Below are positions 27,262-42,202 of a stretch of 64,000 bases of DNA, piece after piece. The stretch spans positions 2,728,001-2,792,000 of the forward strand of contig NC_134025.1 of NCBI RefSeq assembly GCF_964204645.1. Reading direction: 5' to 3'. How positions within the stretch are numbered: the stretch's first letter is position 1; each line of letters starts with the position of its first letter. Both the position numbers and the translations under genes were made by a program. The notes under the pieces were generated by a model. That model saw nothing but the letters and a program-made list of their open reading frames with translations, searched no databases and was not told the DNA's origin. This stretch comes from Tubulanus polymorphus. Its lineage: Eukaryota > Animalia > Nemertea.

Positions 27262-30059
27262 TCATGTATATTGATTGTGTGAATATATTAACATGAATTA
27301 AAAAGAAATATCTAAGTGAAAAAATATCTCTTATGATATCAGATGGTATATCCAATTTTCATTATTATATAAAATATATTTGTTGAACATGCCGTAATAT
27401 GATGTAATAATGATGTAACTTCATTAATTCTGCAATATATAGTCTTTGTTAGCGCTAGGATGTGCTAATCATTATAAATATGGTGTCACTTATTATGAAA
27501 TTCAATGTACAGATATTGTGCTTGAGTTTCATTGATAGATATTAGAATGGTTTGTTGGACGTTGGGAATGTGCAAGTTTTGTTTACCTGTTTTCAAAGGC
27601 TTTGAAATTATGACTGTGATAAATCAGTTCGGTGTTCGATTTAATTGACCTATCAAAATGTCTCCTTGTAATGTGATAATAATAGATCTTCTATCTATTC
27701 ATGTTCTGATTACTTTCTGCTGTTGACGACATTGCGAAATCATGAAATTTTATTTCCATAAAAATGTCGATGTGTGTACGTGTATATAACCTGATTCTAT
27801 TATATATTTTTCTGTTATTGTCAGCTATTTTCAATGCATTGTTAGAATCAACAGTCGACGTCTGCCTGTCATAAACATTTGATAAAATAATATGTACAGC
27901 ATAACGTACAGTACTCTCGAACACAGCTGATTTATTAATTACTTCTGTTCCTAGGGTTGCAGCACATATTTGTCTGAGTATATTGACTAATCGGCAAGTT
28001 GACAATTTGATTTTTATACGAGAAGATTGTAATTTGTAAATACTGTGTATATATTATATATGTCGGTGACAAATATCTTAGCGCTCAGTTTGCTTTGTGT
28101 AAATATTGAATAAAATGTCTCTTGTCTGACAAACTTCATTCTTGTTACTTCACAATTCCCACACGTGATGACTGTAATAAAGGTGTCATTCATCTTGAAT
28201 ATCACCGTTTAGTCCCAAGCCCAATTTGGAGTTAACAGATGACGGTAGATATTTTTGACATTTGGTCGGTTTGCGTGACTGATACATGAGGGACTCTGGT
28301 TGCATCTGTCGGTGTAATAACGGAATCGACGCAAACGTGATGTGTGACGGTTCCTGAGCTAGAGAAATTGACACGCGGATGTAGAAAAAAGACTCGCTTG
28401 AATTTGAGACATGTCGAGTCTTAAGTATATATATGCCAATGACCTGGTACTATGCCGAAAATCGATGTTAGGGTCGTGAGAAAAAAATTGTTGAAATTTG
28501 CATGTACCTGATAAAAAGATCAATGTCACCCAGACGCCTCCAATTGCTACTTTATTTTTCAAGTGTTTTCAATTTGAAGTAGTTCGTTCTACACTTAATA
28601 TCCTAGTGAACAGGTTTTCGGTTATTTTTGAGACATGTGTAGACACTAGAGTTTTTGACGATACTACCAAGGAAAAGATCTCGCTGTGACTGATTCAAGC
28701 GAGTGTACAAAATGACATATGTTACTATGTTAGGCCGAATTTGTTAATATCAGTTTAACTATGATCGTACCACCCCTCTTAGCAAGAGTTCAGTTCCACG
28801 TAGACCCTACTTTCCAAATATCAACTCATAATTGTCCCCGTTGTTGTGCCCATCTGGGAAACTCGATCCAGTCGTAGGGTAAGAAATATCTAACAGATGA
28901 AATTTATTTTCAGACAGCAGCTGATCATTATCACAGGTGTCTCATGTATATTCCTGACAGTGCAATGTACAGATAACAGCATTATATAATTTTGACAAAT
29001 TCAATATAACAAGCTCAATAACATGTTGATTTCGCATAAATATCATTGTAGCTATGCTCGTGGTGGATTAAAATAAAAGCCAAATATTCAGCGAGACTTT
29101 GGTAAGGGAAATTCAACGTGCGCGCGGTAAATAACGGGACAATTATTTTTGATTGAACAACCATCTCCAGAACCATCAGCCTCATGAATTTCATCATGTC
29201 TGTCGCGACAAGAAAAAACAAGCCAAGCCTAATAAATTGAGAATTTACATAATCTGCTTAAACATCTTGAACGGCGATCGCGTAGCTTGGCTTCGCGAAA
29301 GGAGCGTTTTGGTCATGGGCCCGGTTTAAATGGGTATCGATTATTATAGTGATTTCCGTGTTCTTGGGTTGGTGATAGTCTAAAGGTGTCTCCCCGTCTG
29401 GATTCGATCGCAATTCCTGGAAGTGTTTTGCTGAATCGGCATACAATCGATAATTATCTAGATTCTGGTAAATAGAATCACGTAAATTGCAAATACTGCA
29501 GGGTCGAACTTATTAATTAATGACCCTTAGTCCGGGGCACAGAATTGGAAGTTCGACACAAGTTCGTGTCGGGGAAGTCTTTGTTTGATTGAATGAATAT
29601 GAATAGCCGGCCAGTTTTCATAAGATCAGGGTGTAAAATATGACAGTCTGAACTTTTCTTCATTTCGTATAGTTGGTCGAGATCGAATAATTTGAGCTGT
29701 CAAGGGTATTGCTCTATGCCTACTTAAAGTTTTTGCAATGAAAAAACTTGGTACTAAATTTACCCGACGCGATTAGGCCCATTGAATACGACGGAGAAAA
29801 AAATGAGGAAAAGCTCATGACTCGTTACTTCCTGAATTCTGAGTTGCATGATGTTCGATCATCATTTAGATGTGGGCAACTTTAATCTTTTCTATGCGCC
29901 AGCTACAGGGAAGTGTTTTGAAGTAAACCTTTAGAAAAAAAGAACAAAAAATATGTAGTGAATTGCCAGGAATATTACATTATGCTGGCAAAACGCCAGA
30001 GCTGAGCTGGATGTCACGCTTGTAAAATCAAATCGACTCCATGTTTCAATTGAGAAACC

Positions 30060-30200
30060 CCTGCACCAATCAAATGAGCGCCCTGCGTTAGCGTGGAACG
30101 TCAATGGGAATGAATCAGAAAAAGGGGAGACAGGTTGCGCTTACCGGCATCTATAAAACATATTTCTTTTGGCTAATGTGACAAAAAATATCTTATATAT
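30060..30200 (+). promoter_or_regulatory. Putative TATA/CCAAT core promoter of the 30.7-33.7 kb gene
   Basis: CCAAT at 30066, ACGTCA at ~30098 and TATAAAA at 30152. These are followed by candidate 5'UTR donor sites (~30330, ~30390, ~30406) and an acceptor at 30583. Confidence 0.45.
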
Positions 30201-30740
30201 GAGGCAGTGGACAAAATAGTTTAATCTACGGAGCATTTATCAGCAGAAAAATCGCCTTGGGATATGGAAATTACATTTTACGATGAACTAGGTCATGGAC
30301 GGAATAGTCCATGATCGGTTTCGATTCAGGTCAGTATGCATTTATAGTAAGAGTAAAGTAGATTGCTGACAGAGTGTAAGCGGCGGAGACGTGAGTCGCA
30401 CTGCAAGTGAGTTCCGTTGCCGGGTGTTGTGAAATTTTCATAAACCATGGCAAGAGAACAATGTGTTGTCACCGAATATATCCCGATTTTTACAAGTTGT
30501 ATATATATGTACCCTGCGAATATGTCGTCCTATATCAATGTCAGGCTTTCTATATGAAAATTTCTATCTGATCTTTTTTCCAGAGTTGCAAAATGATGTT
30601 ATAGCAAAGGACCTGGAAGCCGGCTCTCCGGTAAAGTTTAAAATTTCACGAAGTGGTGCTATAGTGAGTTGTGTCGAATGGGATTACGTTATATCATATA
30701 TTAACATTTGGAATAGTAGTGCCTCCGTATCACTTCAAAA

Positions 30741-33725
30741 ATGGATACTGATGTTGCTAAAAGCACCAGGAAATTAAGATCGCACACTATTTTGGAAACC
30801 CAAAAGCAGTCATTCCAAAAGGTAAGTCGAGTGGTTTAGTTGGTTGGCCTATGCTGAACCATTATCAGCTGTCAGACATCCGTACTGCTGTTTGCGCAAG
30901 TCTCCGTGCATATAATTACACTACTTTTCCAATAAAACACTCCTGAAATTGTCGGAGATTGTGCAATATGCCTAGTAAATTTCCCAATAACTCGTCTTTT
31001 TTCGTATCGAAAGTGAAGGAGGGGGATTTTATTAAAATCTTATTTCTTTCTCCATCGAGAGAACTAGTTTACTTACCACCATTGACATTTTTTCCCAATT
31101 TTATTTTTGATTGCCTTAGATATTGTTACATTGTACTTAGTTGATAAAGCATTGATACTTTTGATTGTAATAATTGTATATAATGTATGTGAATGTATGA
31201 ATTCACACATATATTGTAGATATATTTATGTACTAGCTGTACGTCGTAAAAATTGACGTTCGAGTGTGAAAGCTCCGAACAATGAAGGCAAAGCGCCAAG
31301 TTTACCTGGCACCGATCCAAGTCCTGAACATATCGAATTTGATATACGTGTTTATGCTTTTAATTTTTATTTTTTCGTGGAATCCTCCTTATTTTGTACG
31401 TGACTGAAGTATCGTTATTAATTTAGTTGTTTGCATAACAATATAGCTTTATCTATTTTTGAATAAATTATTTTTATTCATTGTAACTTCTCTCTAATTT
31501 TACGAACCATAAACATTCTTCTGGCAGGACTTTTGAGCACCATACCAACTGTCCATACATCAATTATTGATATCTGCTTATTTATTTTGAATCAATGATA
31601 AATAGATTTGATTTGTGTGATCCATAATTGAAATTCGAAATTTTTTCTTTCAGATTGATGATGATAATAGGGACTCAGGAACAGAATCTGACGAGGAAAA
31701 TGCCGAACTTGAAGAAATTGAAAAACGTGAGTCATCATTGATGAAAAGCCTTCAAGTTTCGAGCATCTATTTATTACATATTTCTTATATATTTCTCTAT
31801 TATTTGCAGAGATGGAAAAAGATCTGCAAAGGTCAAAGAACATGACTCGATCACAGTGTAATAAAAAGAATTCCTCATCACATCTAGTCAGCGAAGGAGA
31901 TTCGCCTCATTTTTCACAGCATACCGATTTGTCCGACAGTGACCAGGATTTGGACAAAGATACCTCAGATTTCGAACGTCAAAATTCGGATTTAGAGCGC
32001 CATAGTTCCGAGGAAGAACTCTCTGTTATCAATGGAAAAGAGTTACAAAAAAGAACCTGGTCACAAATGAACCGTCACGCATCGAGAAGTGCCGGACATA
32101 GCGCGTCTATTTCATCAAGTAATTCACATTTAGGTGGCCGAAGTTCGGGTTCAACCTCTGACGATGAAGTGAAGGAACTATTGTTTAAACCTCAACCATT
32201 AATATTTAGTTCTTCCCCACCAAAAGGTATTTTGAGGATACGCAAGGCGCCTCCTGAACGTTACTTTTTAACTCGCGTTACGAGTATGGCGCCTATTGAA
32301 GTTTGTGCCATTTCACCTCGGAAAAGACATCGTTTCAATTCTTCTAGTGATAGGAAGAAAAAGACTGTGATTCAAAGACCCTCTCTCGATTTCGAGAAGA
32401 TGCAAAAGGTAAGCCATACTTTTTCGCATTTAATGTTGCTTTGTGTTGCATAAATCGACGTGAACTCGGTGTGAACTTCACGAAAAAGATCGATATATCA
32501 GGTTTTTGAATTCGTAAATATATTGTCAGCTGTTATTTTTTTTTAACCTTTAATCAATGATGGTGGTTGTATAGTGTCGTATTATCCGATGTTAGGGTGT
32601 GAAAAGTACACGAGTCCCATATGACCAATATTCATTCCACAAATATATCCAACTGTCACTGAGACCCCTGACTGAGATCAGCAAATTGATGCAATATTGG
32701 GAACTGCGCTGACCCTAACCTGACAGTCGATAGCTGCAGCGAAAGCATTTCGTTGGATGCCTGCCAATCTCTGTATCTGATCAACATTAACTCTTGTATC
32801 GCAAATAGATTTTACCCCTCATATAAATTATTACCACTGCGCTCTACATTGAAGTGTCGCTTTTGAATAAATTTGATTTCTACGCGATGAAAGGCAGTAA
32901 TATTGATGTATTTAGATGCCGGTTAAAAGGAGAATACATGATACAAATTGAAGTCCGGTAAATTTAGGATGACAGCGGCTAAAATCCATAAATGTCTTCG
33001 TTTACTTTGGGGGGAAAAATGAGAACAAAAACCGTGTCAATACAAGCTCCCTTCATTATCCATCACACACGGTCTCCTAGCAACTAATAATTTAGCAGTG
33101 ATATCTGGTATTAGTTTCTGCATGAATACTTTTTGTCTCTCACTGAGCTCATGTCCTTTCAACTTCACATCGCCTGCCTCCCTGATAGCTAGCTAGCGTG
33201 CGGTTTATTATAAACCCAGATGGATTCAGACTTATCAGGCCTTTTTTTTAAATAACTCGGATGACGGTGTCTTTACAACTGCGTTTCCAGGGGAGACCGA
33301 AAAAATGAATTAAAAAGAAACAGTTTTGAATTATACCACTAGACAAAAATATCCCAGGGCAGGAGGTAATTCAGCTGTGATTGATCAGATTAGTCCACGA
33401 GTGACAAACTAGTCTCCTGTATCAATCACCTCATGGTTGATATTTATTTTAACCTCCTTGACTTATATGACAGATTTTTAACAGCCACATTTCCAGGGGA
33501 AGAGGGAGTAAAAAATTTTTTTCTTCGGATTGAATCAAAAATGTGTGAATAAATTTGGCGGATCTGTCATCGCGAGTTATTAACAAATATGTGTCATCAA
33601 TATGAAAAAAAAAACGAATGCGTTTATTTCATCGTTGTTATTTTTTTCAGGCTCTACGCGAAGAGGCAGCTCACTGCTGGCGAATTGAAGAAATGATCTG
33701 CAAACGACTGAAGATCGAGGACTGA
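30741..33725 (+). CDS. Ser-rich, probably disordered nuclear protein (~275 aa) with a DSGTES degron, basic SPRKRHR motif and RPSLDFEKMQ (FAM53-like) motif; exons 30741-30821, 31654-31726, 31810-32408, 33651-33725
   Basis: Four exons join in frame through canonical splice sites (828 nt): MDTDVAKSTRKLRSHTI...|IDDDNRDSGTESDEE...|QMEKD...SPRKRHR...QRPSLDFEKMQK|ALREEAAHCWRIEEMICKRLKIED*. There is an in-frame TAG at 30717 upstream of ATG 30741. The family assignment rests on motif recall only. Confidence 0.75.
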
Positions 33726-36077
33726 GCCCCCTGTGATCTATATACGATAAATTCTATTTATTTTGGGCATTATTGCTAATAATATTGTTATCTCGATGGA
33801 TCGACACGCACATACATTGTTTAACTCTTGAATGCAATGCCGAATGGTCCGTAAAAAAGTGATTTATTTAAAAACTCCTGCTCGGCAGTACTGTTCGAAT
33901 ATATCGGAGGTTATCCTTGGTGCTCAAAAAAAACTTTTTGTGAAGGTCAGTCAGTATTTTTGAAAGGACCTGCATCACCACTAAAGTAAAGCTTCAGCTG
34001 ATATTCTGGAAGAGATGAAGGACTCCGGCGACGGCGGGAGTCGCAGTGAAATGTATTGAATTAAAACTTATAAATCAGGTAAAATGTTGTATAATTTTTG
34101 TAACTTGGCTTTCCGAACTGGTATATAGTCACTACTTCGCGTCCTTTTACAGCTTAAAACAATTAGGAATTAAAAAAAAAACGATTAAAAAAACTGATTG
34201 TTAGTATTTTGTATATAATTAGCGCGTTTAAATCATTATTGTGATCATCTTTTGACTTATATTGGGTCCAGCCAGAGCTTCATGACGATATATTATTCTG
34301 AAGCTGATGGACAATTTTGTGATAGCGTGCGCTGATTTGCGGATAGCATTTCCATGAACTGACTAGAGTAAGATTGGTTTACTGCACGATCGATATCTCT
34401 TGAATCTCTCGATCTAGACTTTTTCTCGTTACCATTGAAAACGAATGAATTCGATTCAAAATCATGTAGAAAGAACAAATTTGACGGACAGACAGATGAT
34501 ACGAGTAATCCAATCCGCTCATAAGTTTACTGTAATTTTAATGTGTGCGGATTTGGTGTTGGAAATGTTATATGATATAAACTCTAATGATTCTACCACC
34601 ATCGGTTGTCTACTGGATTCTCATCGTCGGTTTGGTGCCACTGTTTGTTACTGCAGTGTGATCGAATCCTCAGGCTTACCGATGGCCGGTAAAATGCGTC
34701 AAGTTGCAATCAACAGTGTATAATTTTTGGCGTCACGCTGAAAAAAATACTGATCGGCTCAGAAAGGCAGTTGCTATTATTAGTAACACTCTTGATTTAA
34801 ATTTTCAGCTCAGTCAATGTAAATCTATCGGTTTAGTCTTGTGTTTATGGTATTTTGATAGTAGTGTGTGTAGATATGGAAATCAAACATTTTTAAAAAT
34901 GACTGGTTAGGTTGAGGAAAGTGTTATGCGCTGTAGTAAAGTTTATAGTCAATTTTTCACGTGTTACTAACACCTAGATTCACCATCGAACTACCACGCT
35001 TATAGTACATGAAGATAAAGCTTTTTTGGAAAAAAATGTTATATTTTCCTGTGGACTATGAATACATTTATACGGGCAACTTGCCAGACCGAACATTTTT
35101 ATAAAGAGTAGTAGGGTAACAGCTGAATGCTGTATGCATACTAATGTAGGCCTGCCTACGTGTTAAACGAGTTCGCTATTTCAAAATGTTTGATTCAGTC
35201 GGCCCCCGTATTGAAATTTTCAATAAAATGTTTGGTCTTGCAAGTGTAGGTTGGAATCGGATAGTCATTTGTAAGGTTCACCTATTGAGAAAAAAACCCG
35301 ATCGTAAAGATTATTAAAGCTTTGATGCGTGTGTAGTTTCATTGTCCCATAAAGCACGTTAGAAATGAACACTCATCTTTCTCTTTTTACTGGTTCATTG
35401 AATATGAAATCAGTCAATACTGCGGTAAATTAATTGACTACTATTGTTCAGAAGGCAGCTGTGTACAAAAAGATTTCCAGTCAATTCATCGCGTTGATAA
35501 TCCAGGTATATACCGTAGAATTGTCGATCCATTATAAATTTGGACTGACAGCAATCGGCATGGACCGTCCTAATATGTCCCTATAGGAAATAACGACGAC
35601 CTAAATTTTCTCAAGGAAATTATCATTCCGTAATAAAGCGTATTGTGTATATATAAGTTTTGATAATGATGTTTCGATCTGGTTTCGTTTGTAGAACGTT
35701 TCCCAACCGAACATGGATTTGGGCTCGTTGCAAACAAAATAATGTATTTAACATTGAATTGAACTACAACAAAATGCCTGAGTTTAAGGCACGCGACGCA
35801 GGGAAACGGAAACACGGAATCAAGAATGTTTGATCTCGGGAACATTGTTCCGGAAACACGTTTCTCGTGTAATAAACGCACACGACAAACACTCGGGAAA
35901 CATCCATGTTTTCTCTGCTTCGCGCGCGCCGGGCTTTATGAAGTATTTGAGGTCATTGATTTACATTTGAAATTTCGACATTAAACGATCCTCAACAATG
36001 ATGACATACTTGTAGTACATATGTGAGTTAAAGCGTGATTTATGTCAATAAAGTCGGATTTATGCGCACACATTTAC

Positions 36078-36108
<31 letters not shown>

Positions 36109-37579
36109 TTATATATATAGGCAGCTGCTGAATATTACTTGTTAAATCGTCGTCTGGCGTGATTTGCATGGGACCCGCTTTATAGATTCCGAGAGCAAAT
36201 TCAGGCAGCAATCATATTTAAGTCGTCCACCATCTGTTTAACCATTTAACGGTACAGAAACGTCGACGACGTAATAGATATATGTGTTTTTTTTTAAAAT
36301 TGGTATCGTATGTAGGCACACCCGCCTCATCGCTTGTCGTAGTCGGTTAAGTATTTGCCATTTTGCAACATGTATACTAACAGACAGTCTGTTCGGCGGG
36401 ATGTCCTCTGCGAACTGTTGTTTCATCAGATTTACTGTTAAATTGCCTTTCATCGACACGGCGTGAATGGTGTCTATTGTTTTGGGCGGAATTTTTTGCA
36501 GCTGTCTCCGTTTGTTAAACTGGATTGATAGCGCAATGCCAACTCGACTTGTCGCACACGGACAAAGACGCCTTTCGGGTTTTAATAGGGATTGGAATAA
36601 CCCTCGACGTATTCATTCGTTCACAAAGCCGCTGGGTAACAGTTGGTGGAAGTCTTTTGAAATTAGAGAAAATTACTTTGATCTGCAGCTGTACGTGTGT
36701 TTTGTGTTAAAAAGAGAGGTCTAATCCCGAGTGTTCATTTTGACATAATACCGATTTGTTTTTCGCCTTTTTCGATCACTACGAATCAACTGTTTTAACT
36801 CATTGAAAACAATAATGAGTAAACGATCTGTTGCATGGCTTACCAGTTGAAGAGATATACATGGGGCATTGGTCCGTTAGTTCTGGACGATAAACTAAGA
36901 ATGCATAACCATTTTCCAAAAATCCTATACTTCGGTGGACGTTTTGCGGTCTGAATTAAGCCTTTTTGGTGAGATACTAGAATTCACTGTAGGAGTTAGC
37001 ACGCGATGGTGGAAATGTAATTATAAATGTAAAAAAAAAAACAGATATATGATTATCGGGTAAAATGCGTATTTATATATATATTGTGATTAAGAATCTG
37101 TACACTTTAGAAAATGTGGGATTTCGTTATAGACTTGTCCGAAATGACCGGTGACTCAATCACAGGTCACAAGGTATGATCAAAATCTTTAAGCCATATA
37201 CCGTATTCTTATTTTTGTAAAGCATCGCATCTCATTTTTCGGCATTTAAAATGCCTTCACTACGTCATATCTATATCTATATATGAATATAATTATATAT
37301 ATATTATGATGTATTATCATTGTCTATAATTGATCATTGATAGTGCAGATAAAGTTTACTTGATATTTGTAAATAAAATCTACTTATATATTTAAACATA
37401 TCGATTGGTAGTTATTTTTATTCGTGCGTCGCAGCATCGGTAACTTTTCTACTCGAGGATTTGGTTCACATTCAGCAACACGTATCTGGATACAGTCGGT
37501 GTATCAAATCGGCTTCCATCATTTTAACTTACCCTTGATAAAGGTAATGAACGCACGTACTGTCACACGGCGTATCGTA

Positions 37580-37840
37580 AGCCGTGATCACGCGAGCGTT
37601 TTTAACCCGAGACAACCTTTCACCCTCGATGCCAAATTTGTCCGTTGGCTTGACCAAAAACGTCGGGTTAGGGCCATACCAAATTCTAGCAGGGGTTTAT
37701 TCCGTGTATCTGGGGACCTCCTTCGCTTGCCACAGCATCGTTTTGATAGCAAAGATAGAACGCGATCTCATACAGGCACCGGGCAAGTTCTGTTCCGGAC
37801 CAGTGTGACCTGAGCCAAATTGTCTCCGCGTGATCGCGGA
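37580..37840. mobile_element. Second copy of the 3410-3650 MITE family
   Basis: Starts AGCCGTGATCACGCGAGC and ends GAGCCAAATTGTCTCCGCGTGATCGCGG. Confidence 0.55.
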
Positions 37841-40800
37841 CATCCAACCCCAAGCGGTTAACTGACCCTGAACAGTCAATATGATTTTCGAGAATATTCG
37901 AGTACACGAACATGTCTAAGTTTAATTTCAACATTTTGAGTGGCTTCATATACCGTATATACAGTGATGTCAGGAAACCGCCTGACCGATCGATGCAAAT
38001 AAGAATTTTGTTTTCCCATAGGATGTCATGAAAGATATCATTGAAAAATCCTTTAGTTGATAGCGACTGGGATAAATCGGTGATTTATTCAGGATTGCCG
38101 TTAGGCAGTTTAGCCATTATCTGGTGTGGCCCTGTTCAGGTTCCCAGGGCTCTCGACGTGAAGATGTGTAGATTCGTGATGCAACGTCGCCTATCTTGTT
38201 TAATTGGACAAAAAGAAATCAATATTGCTGCTGCAGCGTTTGGCAATGTTCCAAGATGGAACAGACAAGTCCTGATGTGTATGATATTTCAAATGAACAT
38301 CCATAGTCATCGTCAACAGGATTTCTTTAAACAAGCCATATAACCATAATGGTGCGAGAGATCTCTGATTACCTCGCTGGTTATAAAACATCCTGTTAAG
38401 GAAATATCAAACGGGAAGTAAAATCTTCGAAAAATATCGAATCCACAGAAAATCAAATTTCATTTTAGACCACGTGCATTCATGCGTCGAAAAAGTACAT
38501 TTTGTCTGATATACTTTGGGAAGGGATTATGAAATTGGTTTTTCGATCAGTCAACTGTTACGCAATCGGTGGCCACCTACAATCAGTAGTCTCATTACTC
38601 GTATTTGAATTGGCATTTAATGCATGAAGCTCATGTTCTTCGATCATATTCGTTCCCGGCAGGTGTGGTAGGTTTGGAAGGAACAGCAAATCGAATCAAA
38701 TCAAATAAAACCAGATAAAATAACATGGAAACAATTCCGTATTTCAACCAGGCGTCGTTGAATATTGAAATTGTTGGATTAATTAATATCAAGCGTTTCG
38801 CCGTGTGGTCTCTTGTGTAGTTTCACTATAGGGGTTAGTCATATCGCTTGTGTATAACATGTTCTTAAAACTTTTCGCTGATTTCTGTGAAACCATTCAT
38901 CTGCAAGTCGTATCAGTCGATCAATGACGATTCTCGGCCTTTGATGGAAATGTCAAATCAATATCGACAATTATCATGAATGGGAAATGTAGTTATATTG
39001 ATTTTGTGTATATTTGATGAAATGCCTGAACGAATATTGGCATTAGAATCAAACAATCTATTTCCAACATATTTTTTGCCAAGATGACGTCACCAGGTGA
39101 CGCAATATTTACGGGTATTTTTGATAATCAGCTTTGTTCAGATGAATAAATATGTAAATGCTCACATAACTGGAATTTTTAATGGTTCTTTTTATTTTGT
39201 GATAGTTGACGTTGAGCACGTAGTCCATGCATATTTCGTATTATGTGAATTTCGGATTATTCATGAAGTAATAACGCTTTGAATTCTATTATGGCATCGT
39301 ATCGAGGCCTGTATGTATGAATACTAGGCCATACGGCTGAATAGTTTTTTTATGAAGGCACTTGATATCTTTAAGTTCTATCAAAATATAGGTTTGTCAA
39401 ACAATTAGTGATTATAATGTAACCTAATGCTGTTAGGCACTAAAGGGTAACAGGGGTAAATAGAAACTGGTGACGAGCGGATTATTGACACACTGTCAAG
39501 TGAAGTACAGTTGCCAGCATCATGTACCGAAACACGCCGTTACATTTTTAACATTATTCCTTTTGGAGCGGTAATTATATTGACGCGATTGCATTAGTCC
39601 TGCTCTCAAAGGGCGGTCGTAACGGCCCAAAGCGAAAACTGAAAATCGGTGCTGGCTGCTTTCGCTACTGGACTGTATCATGGCATAATCAAGCGAACCA
39701 GGGATTGAGGAGCGGCTACTCAATGTTTAATTAACCACGTATAGGCAAATACAGTTAATTATCAATCAACATCCCTTCCTGCTGGACCTATCCTATACCA
39801 CTGACTGATCTAACTAGCACTGCAACCACCAGGAAACACTGCACCTGATATACATGTATATAACCATAGAGTGTACTTCTTATTCGAACGAAATTGTGCT
39901 CGATTATTCATCAGTTAATCAGTTATTCCATGCAGTACATTCATTTTCAATAATCTAGTGATATTTAAGGAAAAAAGACTTCCTATCTGATGTCTTCATC
40001 CTGTAGCGCAAAGCGTGTGTTCGTTGTGTAATAGCAATATTCGCGCCCTGTGACTGGTAGTTTGCGATAAATTGGTGCCTTTTAAAAAATCTCGACGCCC
40101 CACTGTCTGTAATTATGAACAGTAAAGTATCAATTTATCCATGAAAATATAGGAAAACATCCAGCGGCAACAGACTCGAAAATTCCCTCGACTCGGCTAT
40201 TCGATGTTTTGGCATTCGCACAATATTCCAATTAGTGCAGCGAGTTTATTATAAAACCTGAGATAAAACTCCAATATACCAGACGTAAGGTATGTGTTCA
40301 ATTCAATTCGTGTAGAAGTGCGAATTGGACATGAAAGAAAGACGCCATGATATAGAGTAATATCATAAAAATTTATTGCATAGTTGTGTAACCGTATCTC
40401 GCTAGAAGAGAGCCACAAATCATCGTAATCTAGAAAAATATCTCAATTGGTTCGTTTGGTAACCGCTCAAGCGGCGTGCCTGAAACTTAGCAACGTTGGA
40501 AACGACCTACATACTTCATTATTTTACGACACACGCTCCGATGCATGGCTGTATCGAATTGTCGTTGGGTTTATGCCCATCACCATCACCGGCAGTAAAC
40601 CATGAGCTGGAATGCTGCAATGCAGTTAGTCACTGACTCTCTGTACTCCCTTACAGTGTCGTCTCTTTCGGGCAAACTACGCCTTTGGCCCATGGCCGAG
40701 GAAATAATTTGTCAGTTCAGTCCTATAGAGTGAAGGCTATATCTGTGCAGGCAATCAGGCGTTTTGTGCAAGTCGTATATTCGGTGTTTCTTCGCGGGAT

Positions 40801-41348
40801 CATCATTAAACGACATGTAATCTAAAGGGGTTGACGAGGATGACAGGGCAGCTGATGAATGAAGATAGATCGACCCAATCTCGGCCTGTGTTATATAAAG
40901 GTATAGTCGACACACCAGAGAATAAGACAAAGGTTGAATATTAAACGCGGAACTTGGGGTATTTTCGTGTTTATTGATAATCAAACATCGAGAGAGATTC
41001 GGCCAATTGTGAACGCTGTCAACCGGAGGGGATTCGCGGATAACGAAGAGATGGTTAGCGTTGAGAATTATTTGGTACACATCTACAGACATGATTGATG
41101 ATGCCCACGGCAGCAAACACGGCGCGGTGGATATTGGAATTTCTGCGTCACATTGAGATGACCGTCATCCACTGGGATCACTATCCTGTCGCTTCTAATC
41201 GAATCTGATATGTGAAGCTACCGTGAATATTTTAATTTAGATAATTGGCTAACCTTAGTACAATTCACAAAACATGTGACATTTTAACTTACATATTCGA
41301 AAGCTTCGGATCATGGTACAATTTATATTGATCAATATAAGGTTATAC

Positions 41349-42202
<854 letters not shown>

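Noticed and set aside
41000-41098. Peptide RPIVNAVN reminiscent of the Penelope RT 'RPIV' motif
   Set aside because: The frame is short, ends in a stop, and has no other RT motifs nearby.
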